This document shows, piece after piece, positions 20,211-29,603 of a stretch of 64,000 bases of DNA. Position numbers and translations under genes: made by a program. The notes beneath the pieces are model-generated. The model had not been told where the DNA came from and did no database searches. It saw only the letters and a list, made by a program, of their open reading frames with translations. This stretch comes from Candidatus Obscuribacteraceae bacterium. Its GTDB lineage: Bacteria > Cyanobacteriota > Vampirovibrionia > Obscuribacterales > Obscuribacteraceae. The stretch's first letter is position 1; the number at the start of each line of letters is the position of its first letter. Location of the stretch: positions 96,001 through 160,000 of the forward strand of contig JBGASG010000003.1 of the NCBI GenBank assembly GCA_044229845.1, written 5' to 3'.

Positions 20211-20615
20211 TTAGGAATCGATGCGCGGCTGCCCCCAAAACGGGGGATCTGTGCGGGGTAGGAGGCTGTTATAACACCCGGCGACAGGGTGAGCTATGGG
20301 GAAAATACGCAGGCAAATGGACCAGGGTCGACCGCTAACGGGGCGCCGCTGAGTCTTAGTAGCGATTTCCTTCCCTGGTGATGCCGTTGTAACCCTTGGT
20401 CTGGTGTAACATCTACCGATTGGAGACTCGTCCTCCGGTGGCGTGCCGACGAAGTATTCCTCGGAGCCTGGTGGAACCTTGTGGCGAGTTGCGTTACTGG
20501 CGATCGCTTGCGCACACCAAGCTGGAACACATAGCAGAAGCCCAACGCAACCGCCTGATCGCCGACGAATTAGGCTACGAAGTTCCAACCGACGAGGGAT
20601 TGGGATCGACGGCAT
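20211..20615 (-). CDS. Possible small exported protein
   Basis: Fills the gap between co-oriented genes; basic N-terminus plus hydrophobic segment. Confidence 0.35.
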   Translation of the reverse strand: MPSIPIPRRLELRSLIRRRSGGCVGLLLCVPAWCAQAIASNATRHKVPPGSEEYFVGTPPEDESPIGRCYTRPRVTTASPGKEIATKTQRRPVSGRPWSICLRIFPIAHPVAGCYNSLLPRTDPPFWGQPRIDS

Positions 20616-20637
20616 ACAGTCCGGCTAAGTAATCAGC

Positions 20638-21450
20638 CTAGCGCCTCCGCCCTTGCGGTCCTTGCGGCACTTGTGCTCTAGGCTGTTGACCGTCCCACTG
20701 GATGGCATTGATGGCCTTCCAGGCGTCGTTGGCATGCGCCTTGTATCCCGCTTTGTTCGATTCGAACCAGACAAGTTCGATGCTGGTCGTCTTCGGATCC
20801 GGATTCGCGAAAATACCGATGGTTGAACGGTCGGCATCCTTGAAGCGCGTTTCCATCATGAGCACGCGCTTGCCATTGATGTCAGTCGTTGCCAACTGCA
20901 ACACGTCGAAGTTGCCGTTATAGCCGTAAAGCGCATTCGGAATCGCCTCGGAAATAGCATCGATTTCAGCTTGACTGAGTTTGTGCGGTGGATTGTTTCG
21001 ACCCGGTGTCAAAAGTTTCTGCAAAGCCGCTGCCGACTCCTCACCAGGGGAATGTGCATCGAGCTTCCAGTAACATAGTTTGGTGTTCGGATCACGATCA
21101 AATCGATAGACGCGATATGAATCCGGCGAATGCACTGACGTGTTGATACCACTGTTTGGGTCGGTCTCGGTTCCTTTGCGGAAGCCTCGGGGAACGTCCA
21201 TCCGGGCTACAGATCCCTGATGCAAGGAAAATTCGTCGGCACCAACGGCACCAGGAGCGCCACCGCGCCCGGGCGGTGGATTCTCACGCGGACGCCATTG
21301 ATTTTCTCTCCGTTCATCGGCTCGCTGGCGAATCTTCCCGAGGAAGTCACCCATGAACGCTCCCCGCGCATCGGAATTGGGATTGGGTCTGCCGTATTCT
21401 CCGTCTCCTTCCTGAACAGCCGGGGTCAGTGTATCGATTGGTTGTGCCAT
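20638..21450 (-). CDS. Hypothetical protein
   Basis: 270-aa ORF co-oriented with its neighbours. Confidence 0.75.
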   Translation of the reverse strand: MAQPIDTLTPAVQEGDGEYGRPNPNSDARGAFMGDFLGKIRQRADERRENQWRPRENPPPGRGGAPGAVGADEFSLHQGSVARMDVPRGFRKGTETDPNSGINTSVHSPDSYRVYRFDRDPNTKLCYWKLDAHSPGEESAAALQKLLTPGRNNPPHKLSQAEIDAISEAIPNALYGYNGNFDVLQLATTDINGKRVLMMETRFKDADRSTIGIFANPDPKTTSIELVWFESNKAGYKAHANDAWKAINAIQWDGQQPRAQVPQGPQGRRR

Positions 21451-21631
21451 TTTCTTATCCTTAATCAACGCCAAAACTAGAATCAGAAATCAGATTGAAT
21501 ATAAAACTGAGGTGCCAAGGTCGACTTAGAGTGCATGGAATGCGTGGAACGAGTGGAGTGATACTGATTTTGATTGTGAGAGAGAGTGAAGTGAAGAGTG
21601 AATTGTGCAGTGTCGTTCTTCGAATTCGTTC

Positions 21632-24600
21632 TTAGAATCGGAAGAGTCGGCCGAGCAGACGTCGCAATAGCGGGCGACGCAGACGTGGCAGGAAGTCCTC
21701 TTCGTCATCATCTCCATCCGGACAGGGTCCCGGTCCAGGGCACGGTCCATCCGTCCAATCGTCATCGTCGTCATCCGGACCGCACGGTCCCCAGGGACTA
21801 TATGGACCATCGGGACCAGGTTGATTGGGTCCCCACGGTGAGTCGTTGCCGCCCCAGTTGTTGCGCCGCACACGTCCACCGCCATTTTCTTTGACCCACT
21901 GACGAATGTCGCGAATGCGGCTGATGACGCGATCGTTTCCTTCGCCGTGTTGATCGTCTTGAATGATCACCCAGCCGTCACCGTCTCGCTTCAGGTGGCG
22001 AGAGCGCATGTGCCCCGGAGCGTAAGTGATATAGGCACCATTGAGCAATAAGGTGTCCCGCTCGCTGCCGTTGACCAGGTGAGAGCTGTCGGACATGATG
22101 TCGCCCGTGATCTTGTAGATGATGTTGCGGCATCCGGAAGAGCCGCCATAGTTACCGCCGTTCGGCTGCCGGCGGTCGCCGATTGCCGAGCAGGTTTCGT
22201 CGAGAATCTTGCCGATCGGGCTGCGCATGCCGTTGTTGAGCGCACTGTTGATGGTCCAACGCTGCTCTTCATATCCCATGGAAAGCATGCGTCGGCTGAA
22301 CTGATAGGTCTGCGGTCCGCCGCCGCGCTCGCCACCGTTGAGAGTTCGGAAGGAACCCCAGGAAGCTTCTTTGACAAGACGCGCCAGCGAATCAGGATGG
22401 TTCATCATGGCGGAAATGTGACCAGCCTGCATCCAACAGGTGCCGTTTGCTCCCTGATCCATGGTGCTGGGATCCTGGGCGTGGAACAAGAAGTTCTCCA
22501 CCAGTTTCACGCGCATGGCTTGATCGTAGTAGGCGCCGGGTTTGTCCGAGACAACAAGAGCAGCCAGATGATCGTAGGTCTGGGAGACAGCGGCTTGCGT
22601 CGCTTCTTCCACCTTGGACTGATCGCGCCCGCCCAGCACCTGCAACATGGCGCGGTCGGCCATGCGCTTTTCGAACTCTGTCATCATTTTTTCCAGTCGC
22701 TGCCGCCGACCTTCGTCCATCTTGTCGGCGACTACTTCCATGAGTCGCGAACGAGCGTCGTCGACCGATTCGGAGAGCCAGCCGTCGGCACCATCGATGG
22801 TGACACCCATCTTGGCGGTCTTCAGCTTGGCGTCGCCGGGAATCTTGTATTCGTATTCGCCGTCGCGACATATGTTGAGATTCTCCCGCACGCGCGGCTT
22901 GCTGCTGCCGGGTGCCGGTGCCGCCAGGAACTGATTGGTCAGCGTACCGTCGGCATTCGCTTGCCTGGTCCAGGCTTCTTTCACTTCACCGGTCGGCTTG
23001 CGATCGACGATTTGGGCCAGTTCTTGCTTGTCGCCGACCGTGACGTATTTGAACTCGCGGCTGGAGCCGTTCGCCGCCCTGGCTAAGAGGGTGTTACCAC
23101 CCTTATCCAGTTCCAGGTGAACGAAATTGGCTCGCTCGATAACAGCACCATTTGTAGTGGCATAACTGAAATCGCCTTCGGAATTGATGTGCAGATTGCT
23201 GGCGTCTTTTTGCACCGCGGCATCGAAGACGACCTTCTCACCCGACTTGCCGTCGGTGTCGACAACCCGCACCACCTGACCGTTCTCTCGTATGAAGGAA
23301 CGATGGTTGTTGCCTTTGGTGATGCCGGTGACTTCGCCGTCCTTGAAGTCGACGCGCACGTTGTCCTTTCCGATCACGGCCAGGGTGCCGTCGGTGCCCT
23401 GCAGATACTTCTTGTCACCGCCCGTGGTGAAACTCAGTTCACCCCTCTCGGTAACGGCAAGATTCAGCCGGTCGCCAGGATAGTTCTTGGAGTCGGAAGA
23501 CCAGCGTCCACCGGCGTTCGTAAAGGTCACCGTCTCGCCGGTATGGTTGTTGAACATGCGGATTTGCGAATCGGTGATCTGATATGTGTCGCCACCCCTG
23601 GTGCGCACAAACGTCAACTTGCCGGCTTCGTCGTAAGTGGCCCGCGAGCCGTCGTCTGATTCTTTGAAGCGCACACGACCACGCGAGTCATAGGCGGTCC
23701 GGTTGCCTTTCTCGTCGATGTCGTCTCGCGTTTCTGTGCCGTCTTGCCAGATTGTCGACCACTTACCGTCGCGCGAACGACCTTGTGAATCGGTATACCG
23801 GCGCGAATAGACACCATTGTCCGAGAGCATCGCCTGCCCGTACCAGCTCTGAGTGCGATAGCCTTCCGGCGTTTTCACGTCCCAGTGCAGCGACTTGGCG
23901 TCGGCGCGTTCATTTATATAAGTAGTGCCGCGCTTTTTGTCCGAGACCGTAATCGACTTGATGTCTTTGCTGTCGCCGAAATACGAGAAGTCGCGAACTT
24001 GATCCAAGCCGGGCCATTCGATGCGCGTAATCCGATTGTGATCGTCGAAGGTGAATTTAGCTTTGCCTTGCCCTTGCTGGCATACACTGCCGTCACCGCC
24101 GATGCGGAAGTTGTCACCCTCCGGCGTGTCGTAAGAAACAACACCGGAAGCATCCAGCTTGAAGTTCTTGCGATGCAGATTGGGGTTTTGTATGCAAACC
24201 CAGTCACCGCCAGCCTGCTGTTTCCACTCGATGCTCTGACCGGTGGCAGATGTTTCTATAATGGTATTAGCGTCGGTTTGAGAGACAAACGATCGATCGC
24301 GGCGACTGATGGTGCCGACTCCGCCGCGGTCGTTCAATGTGACGATGGAGCCGTCGGCATTCTCTTTCTCTTGAGTAACGGTGCCGTCAGCTCTCTCAAG
24401 CTGCCAGAGTCCGGGAGTTCCCAGTTCATATCGAAAGTCGCCGGTCACCCTATCGAAACGAACGCCGCCGTTGCCGGGTAAGGCAAATTCCATACCCTGG
24501 AATTTGGCGAACCACTTTCCATCACGATTCACCAGTGTCGACTTGCCTTCGGCGCTGGTGGTGACGATTTCGAGGGGCTGACCTTTCTCGTCGGCTCGGG

Positions 24601-24874
24601 TGATTTCGCGAGTCTTCTCGCGGCCGGGATAGGTGATTTTTGAAATCAGATTCTGGTCGTCGCGCTCAGTCTTCCTGCCATCATCGATGGTGACTTTCGG
24701 AAGCTCTCGCTCCAGCTGCACCTTGTCTGATGCGGCTAGTTGGGCGACGCGTTCGTTGATCGCACGCAAATAGCTGTCGACATCGATGCTGGCGTCGGCG
24801 ACGGCTGACGTTTCGAAAAGGGGCTCTGGACCAACGAATGTTTGGTCTGGACGGGCAGATATTGGGGTGCTCAT
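21632..24874 (-). CDS. Large beta-repeat (YD/RHS-like) protein with C-terminal papain/calpain-like Cys-peptidase motif
   Basis: Repeated xYD.xGR / DGS / DGT units; DQGANGTCW followed by APGH and IIQDD. Confidence 0.7.
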   Translation of the reverse strand: MSTPISARPDQTFVGPEPLFETSAVADASIDVDSYLRAINERVAQLAASDKVQLERELPKVTIDDGRKTERDDQNLISKITYPGREKTREITRADEKGQPLEIVTTSAEGKSTLVNRDGKWFAKFQGMEFALPGNGGVRFDRVTGDFRYELGTPGLWQLERADGTVTQEKENADGSIVTLNDRGGVGTISRRDRSFVSQTDANTIIETSATGQSIEWKQQAGGDWVCIQNPNLHRKNFKLDASGVVSYDTPEGDNFRIGGDGSVCQQGQGKAKFTFDDHNRITRIEWPGLDQVRDFSYFGDSKDIKSITVSDKKRGTTYINERADAKSLHWDVKTPEGYRTQSWYGQAMLSDNGVYSRRYTDSQGRSRDGKWSTIWQDGTETRDDIDEKGNRTAYDSRGRVRFKESDDGSRATYDEAGKLTFVRTRGGDTYQITDSQIRMFNNHTGETVTFTNAGGRWSSDSKNYPGDRLNLAVTERGELSFTTGGDKKYLQGTDGTLAVIGKDNVRVDFKDGEVTGITKGNNHRSFIRENGQVVRVVDTDGKSGEKVVFDAAVQKDASNLHINSEGDFSYATTNGAVIERANFVHLELDKGGNTLLARAANGSSREFKYVTVGDKQELAQIVDRKPTGEVKEAWTRQANADGTLTNQFLAAPAPGSSKPRVRENLNICRDGEYEYKIPGDAKLKTAKMGVTIDGADGWLSESVDDARSRLMEVVADKMDEGRRQRLEKMMTEFEKRMADRAMLQVLGGRDQSKVEEATQAAVSQTYDHLAALVVSDKPGAYYDQAMRVKLVENFLFHAQDPSTMDQGANGTCWMQAGHISAMMNHPDSLARLVKEASWGSFRTLNGGERGGGPQTYQFSRRMLSMGYEEQRWTINSALNNGMRSPIGKILDETCSAIGDRRQPNGGNYGGSSGCRNIIYKITGDIMSDSSHLVNGSERDTLLLNGAYITYAPGHMRSRHLKRDGDGWVIIQDDQHGEGNDRVISRIRDIRQWVKENGGGRVRRNNWGGNDSPWGPNQPGPDGPYSPWGPCGPDDDDDDWTDGPCPGPGPCPDGDDDEEDFLPRLRRPLLRRLLGRLFRF

Positions 24875-24954
24875 TGTGATTCTTGCCTGCAACTTCGGAG
24901 CAGAAAGAATCAGCGAATGCGACGAATTTCTTAGAACTTAACCCTGATGGATGG

Positions 24955-24985
24955 AGTCTAGCCTCTCCGTCGTGGAATTTTTGTG
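24955..24985 (-). promoter_or_regulatory. CAC-N8-CAC box plus TAGACT -10-like element upstream of the large beta-repeat gene
   Basis: Minus strand CAC aaaaattc CAC-11nt-TAGACT, similar to the three sRNA promoters. Confidence 0.45.
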
Positions 24986-25079
24986 TCACGAAACGTGCAC
25001 GCATGGGGAAAACCGCATGCGACAACCGCCTACAAAATCGACCTGAACGAAACCAAAATGGAAAACCCAAAGGGCTGCC

Positions 25080-25168
25080 AAAAAGGGAGAAAGCCAACCA
25101 TTACTGGTTGACTCCCCTTGTTTCCGGTCCCGCAACCGGTTACAAACTTGTTTCGCTGCCAAGCGAAT
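25080..25168 (-). ncRNA. Putative sRNA copy 1 (unknown family)
   Basis: ATTCGC-loop-GCGAA hairpin; TAACCGGTTGCGGGACCGG core; terminator hairpin plus T5; upstream TACACT -10. Confidence 0.7.
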
Positions 25169-25308
25169 ATCAATAGTGTACTGCCCGAGAGTGCATTTTT
25201 TGTGAAATGCGTAACTCTGTGTAGCTATGAGCTTTCTCACCTTCCTGCATTCTGAAGGGGGAAAACACGCATGAAATCGCCGCTCACCGCGATTTCTAAA
25301 AAGCCTCC

Positions 25309-25391
25309 AAAAAGAAAGAGAGCCACAACTGGCTCTACTCCCTTAATGCCGGTCCCGCAACCGGTTATAAAATCGTTTCGCGAGTGCGAAT
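25309..25391 (-). ncRNA. Putative sRNA copy 2
   Basis: Same architecture; upstream TAAGAT -10; terminator with G-U pairs plus T5. Confidence 0.7.
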
Positions 25392-25475
25392 ATGAGTATC
25401 TTAGGCACAACTGGTGAAAAATTTGTGACACGTAAGGGTCCACCCAAAGCCCCGATAGAGGCGATTTTTCAGCAT

Positions 25476-25565
25476 AAAAGGAAAGGGACCAACCTACGAA
25501 TAGTTGGTCCCTTTCCATTTTTCCGGTCCCGCAACCGGTTACAAAGGTTTTTCGCTGGAGCGAAT
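25476..25565 (-). ncRNA. Putative sRNA copy 3
   Basis: Same architecture; upstream TACTAT -10; terminator with UUCG loop plus T4. Confidence 0.7.
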
Positions 25566-25619
25566 GTACTGATAGTATTGCCACTTCGTGAAAAAAACGT
25601 GGCAAAGGACCCCTTTTTT

Positions 25620-26291
25620 ATGGCCAAAACAATCGAAGACGTACGGGCTCTGATTTTCGATATGGACGGCGTTTTAGTCGACTCAGAACCCCTGCATCTC
25701 CTGGCGTACCAGGAACTGTTTTCGGTGCACTCAATTGAATACACCGAGACGCACAACCAGGAATTTTTGGGCTGCAAGGACATCGCAATGGCACACATCC
25801 TGGTGGAGCGCTGGAGCTTGCCGTTTACGCCGGAGCAGCTGGTCCAGAATAAAGAAACCATTCTCGCTCGCCTGCTCAAGTCGGATGCTCAGATTCGACC
25901 GGGGGTCAAAAAGCTTTTGGAAGAAGCGCGAGCTCTGCAGATTCCATGCGCGGTCGCATCCTCCGCAACGCTGCCAACCATCCAGCTGGTTGTTGATGAG
26001 CTCGGTATTCGCCAGTATTTCCATCATCTGTCCTCCGGAGACGAAGTTGAGCACGGTAAACCGGCGCCGGATGTTTTTCTGCTGGCAGCAAAACGGCTCG
26101 GGGTGGGGCCTGAGCACTGCCTGGTCATCGAGGACACCGCCAACGGCATCAAGGCGGCTAAAGCGGCGGGAATGTTCTGCATCGCCATTCCATGCGACGC
26201 CACCCGCCACCAGGATCACTCACAGGCAGATATGAACCTCACCAGCCTGGAGGAAGTGTCTCTCAAGAGCTTGATTGCGTGCGCTCTCTAG
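25620..26291 (+). CDS. HAD-superfamily phosphatase (beta-phosphoglucomutase-like)
   Basis: IFDMDGVLVDSE, AVASS, GKPAPDVF and VIEDT..G motifs. Confidence 0.95.
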   Translation: MAKTIEDVRALIFDMDGVLVDSEPLHLLAYQELFSVHSIEYTETHNQEFLGCKDIAMAHILVERWSLPFTPEQLVQNKETILARLLKSDAQIRPGVKKLLEEARALQIPCAVASSATLPTIQLVVDELGIRQYFHHLSSGDEVEHGKPAPDVFLLAAKRLGVGPEHCLVIEDTANGIKAAKAAGMFCIAIPCDATRHQDHSQADMNLTSLEEVSLKSLIACAL

Positions 26292-26314
26292 GCGCTGACT
26301 GATCTCTGGTCTTT

Positions 26315-28534
26315 CTAGTTGGGCTGTTGCTCGAGTTCCGGCGCGCCGGGAACGGCAATGCCCATCTTAACCATGGATACTTTTATAGATTGCCAGTCTC
26401 CGCCATTGGAATTGGCGAACAGCTGGTTAAGCGCGTCATTGGTGATTGGACCACCGAGTTGCTTGGAGATGTCTTGAACGACTGTAGCGATCTGGGCTTG
26501 ACCCAGTTGGGCGTTAACCAGTCCTTGAGCTGCTTCCACTTCGGCGATTGCCGAGAAGGCTCCAGCCGCAATCAAAGCACTCTTGATGGCCGACAGTTCC
26601 GAGTAAGCGCCGAGCAGTTCGCTGACGTGACCGAGACTGATTTCCGCCGGCGCCAAGCCGCCCACGCGTCCGGCAATACCGGTGGCGCTGGCCGCCACTG
26701 CGCTTGCATGCGCCGCGACCGGCAGATCATCGCCGTCGGTGCCGGTGGCGAGCTTGAACAAGCCGCTATCGAGTTTGTCGCCGTTCAGGCCAAAGAGGTC
26801 GCCGGTCAATCCGTCAATCTTGAAGCCATCGGCGAAGTCAACGACCATGTCCCGGATATTTATCACCGTATCGTTGATGAACTTGGTGAAGTCGTTGAAG
26901 AAGGTTGTACCGTTCGAAGTTGTTTCGCTGTTGTTCTGAGTATCGATGGTGAACGGCTGTGACTCACCAGAACGCGGATCCATGTGATACACGTACGGAT
27001 TTGAGTCATCCGACTCGAATTGCGGCGTGTCCATCGATCCCGGTTTGCCGATGACGACCTTGGCGGTGTTGCTGTCGACATCGCTTTGCCCGGTTATGGC
27101 TACGCTGGGAGCCAGGTCGGGCAATGTGATCGGCTTGCCGTTCGGATCCAGCTTGCATGCGCCCGGCTGTTCGGGATCGTCGTCGGTTTGATCTTGCTCG
27201 CCGCAAGCACCGGTTTGCACCGAGCTCTTGCCGTCTTCGGTGGCGGTAACAGTGGTGAACGTGCCGCGACCTTGTGAGTTTTTCACAGTGGTCTGGTTGG
27301 AATCGGCGGCGATCACTACGCCTTCCTTGGTAGAGACGACGCCGTTGGGATTGACTGTCGCGCCGGCCATTTGCAGAGTGCCATCAGGCTTGACGGTGAC
27401 ACCGTTCGACGCATCAGCGGCGATGGCATTATTGTCTTTATCGAAGACTTGATAGCTGCCGTCCGGTCTGATCAAGACGCGCTCACCGGTCTTCAGGTGA
27501 ATTTCTTTGCGTCCATCAGCGTGGGCGAAAATTTCGGTTTGATCTTGTGTGGTGACTTTGATGACGCCGTGATCGCGTACATCAATGTCCCCGGCCGGTG
27601 GTTGATCGGCAGCGGCGGTTGGCTTGTTGGCTGGCTGCTCCTCGCCGTCTCCCGGCTTGTCGTCGCCCGGTTTGTCATCACCGTCACGGTGGCGGCGATG
27701 GCGGTGCTGGTGGATGGCGATGCCGCGATCCAGTCGGTTCAGAACTTCTTTGTCAGTGATCTCTTGTTTGCGACCATCATGCCACTCTATCTCAATCTTC
27801 TGAATATGGCCTTCTGCGTCTTTGACGATCCTGGCTTTGTCACCATCTGCAGTGGTGAACATATCGTCGCCTTTGGCGTTCTTTTCAAAATGCCACTGGT
27901 GACCGGGCAGTCCACCGACTTCCCACTGGTGTCCGCCTTTTCCATCGTTGGCGTAACCCTTGGTGCCGTTGTGCGACTCCATCCATCCAGGTCCGGATGT
28001 GAACACAGTGCCATCGGCGTCGGTGTGAGTAACCACGCCGTCTTTTACGGTTGCAGAGCTGCCGTCTTTACCGGCATAAACACGTTCTACAGCATTGAGA
28101 TTAGTGGCAGTTTGCTGGTCGCCCTGGTCGGTTGGAGCCATGTTGTACAGGGCACGAATCTCGTTTTCGCTCTTGTCCGGCAGAAGTGAAACTGCTTCAG
28201 CGAAGCCAAAATGCGAAATTGCATCGACTGCAGCCATGGTGTTTTTCACCCAGCCGGTGGCAGTCGACCACAAACTTTCGCTCGCCAGTCCATGTTGGGC
28301 TGCATCTTTGTCGGTCGTGCTGAAGTAAGCCGCCGCTGCCTCAACTGCCCACGTCGAAGCATTACCAATAGACTTAACCCAGGAATCTTCTTCCGCTGTG
28401 TTGTCCGGATGACCAGCATCCTCTTTCGGATCCTTCGCAGCCGGATCGTCCTTATGCTGACCGTCGGCGCCATCCTGGTTGTTGGCGGCGTCGTCTTGCT
28501 TATCAGGTTTAGTGGTCGGCGCGTCAGTGACCAT
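26315..28534 (-). CDS. Large acidic hypothetical protein with DG-turn beta repeats
   Basis: 739-aa ORF; many DGT/DGS/DGK turns; no clear signal peptide. Confidence 0.8.
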   Translation of the reverse strand: MVTDAPTTKPDKQDDAANNQDGADGQHKDDPAAKDPKEDAGHPDNTAEEDSWVKSIGNASTWAVEAAAAYFSTTDKDAAQHGLASESLWSTATGWVKNTMAAVDAISHFGFAEAVSLLPDKSENEIRALYNMAPTDQGDQQTATNLNAVERVYAGKDGSSATVKDGVVTHTDADGTVFTSGPGWMESHNGTKGYANDGKGGHQWEVGGLPGHQWHFEKNAKGDDMFTTADGDKARIVKDAEGHIQKIEIEWHDGRKQEITDKEVLNRLDRGIAIHQHRHRRHRDGDDKPGDDKPGDGEEQPANKPTAAADQPPAGDIDVRDHGVIKVTTQDQTEIFAHADGRKEIHLKTGERVLIRPDGSYQVFDKDNNAIAADASNGVTVKPDGTLQMAGATVNPNGVVSTKEGVVIAADSNQTTVKNSQGRGTFTTVTATEDGKSSVQTGACGEQDQTDDDPEQPGACKLDPNGKPITLPDLAPSVAITGQSDVDSNTAKVVIGKPGSMDTPQFESDDSNPYVYHMDPRSGESQPFTIDTQNNSETTSNGTTFFNDFTKFINDTVINIRDMVVDFADGFKIDGLTGDLFGLNGDKLDSGLFKLATGTDGDDLPVAAHASAVAASATGIAGRVGGLAPAEISLGHVSELLGAYSELSAIKSALIAAGAFSAIAEVEAAQGLVNAQLGQAQIATVVQDISKQLGGPITNDALNQLFANSNGGDWQSIKVSMVKMGIAVPGAPELEQQPN

Positions 28535-28715
28535 TGGCTAAAACACCCGGGGAGAAACCGGTGTAAACGTGAGGACGGAAAAGCTGGGACACGAACGGAT
28601 AGTAAAGGTTTCCCAATTGTCGACTTTTCCGGTGTTTTGTCAAGTGCCCCATCAACGATCGATATGCCCAAATATCGGCATTTTCGGACGGTTGGCGAAG
28701 CGACCTGAGCCGGTT

Positions 28716-29336
28716 TTAATGATTGCTGTTTTCGAGCCTGGAAAGCACGATTTTGGCGTCCGCCCCACGCCCGCTCTTTTCCAGAGCATTGGCATACTCT
28801 TTTAAAACGGTCTGAGCATCGCTGCTTGACCCATCGCCGTTCTTGTCCATGATCGCCACTGCCTGTTCATAAAATTTTGCCGCATCGGCAAAATTTCCTT
28901 TGTCGGCATTGATTTTGGCCAACATCACCAGTGCAGTGCCGGTCACCGAATTGCCTGCCCCTGCGGTATCCAGAAAAATGCTGACAGCGCGACTGGCCGC
29001 CTTCTCGGCTTCATCGAGTTTCTTCTCGGATTCATAAGCCGCCGCCAGATTTAATAAAGTACCTGCGAGCCGAACGTCGCTTGGTCCGAATTTTTCGGCA
29101 ATGTCGCGAGCCGCTTTCAGGTGCTGCTCTGCTCCAGCGAAGTCACTTTTAGACAGAGCATCGACCCCGGCATGATTCTCTTCCTTCCAGGCCGCGACCT
29201 GCTGAGGATCGTCCACATGAGCGGCACCGGAAGACTCTGTTGAGCCGGTCTGCGGCGGCGGAGACTGACTGCACGCGCCCAGGACACCCAAAACCAACAA
29301 TCCAGCCGACAGCTTGCTGATAGCTTTTCCAACCAC
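28716..29336 (-). CDS. TPR lipoprotein
   Basis: LGAC lipobox; TPR helices. Confidence 0.85.
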   Translation of the reverse strand: MVGKAISKLSAGLLVLGVLGACSQSPPPQTGSTESSGAAHVDDPQQVAAWKEENHAGVDALSKSDFAGAEQHLKAARDIAEKFGPSDVRLAGTLLNLAAAYESEKKLDEAEKAASRAVSIFLDTAGAGNSVTGTALVMLAKINADKGNFADAAKFYEQAVAIMDKNGDGSSSDAQTVLKEYANALEKSGRGADAKIVLSRLENSNH

Positions 29337-29448
29337 TGGTCTTCACCCCGAGGCTCCGCGAGCCCAAATGCCAACTCGGTCACCCGCGTATTATGACGGT
29401 GCAGCGGCAATTTGCGAATTAAGGTTACCCCGATAATCGCCCAGCTAA

Positions 29449-29506
29449 AGCTCAAGTGATATCGCTTCAGCCCTATTGTCCACAGCGAAGCGATATCACC
29501 TGAGCT
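29449..29506. repeat. Inverted pair of 20-bp palindrome copies (34-bp offset)
   Basis: Copies at 29451-29470 and 29485-29504, flanked by AGCTC...GAGCT. Confidence 0.9.
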
Positions 29507-29603
29507 CCGTTTCGGTGTGACAGGAGCCTAAAATTGGGTTCACAGGGGTCGATGAAAATATGGGCAGGAATTCACCACTTGGGATGGGCTACAATCACTC
29601 CTC

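Noticed and set aside
25080..25565. CRISPR, tRNA or tandem riboswitch interpretation of the triple repeat
   Set aside because: Spacing is irregular (225 and 174 bp) and there is no cloverleaf or T-loop. Each unit has its own promoter-like element and terminator, and I recognise no known aptamer consensus
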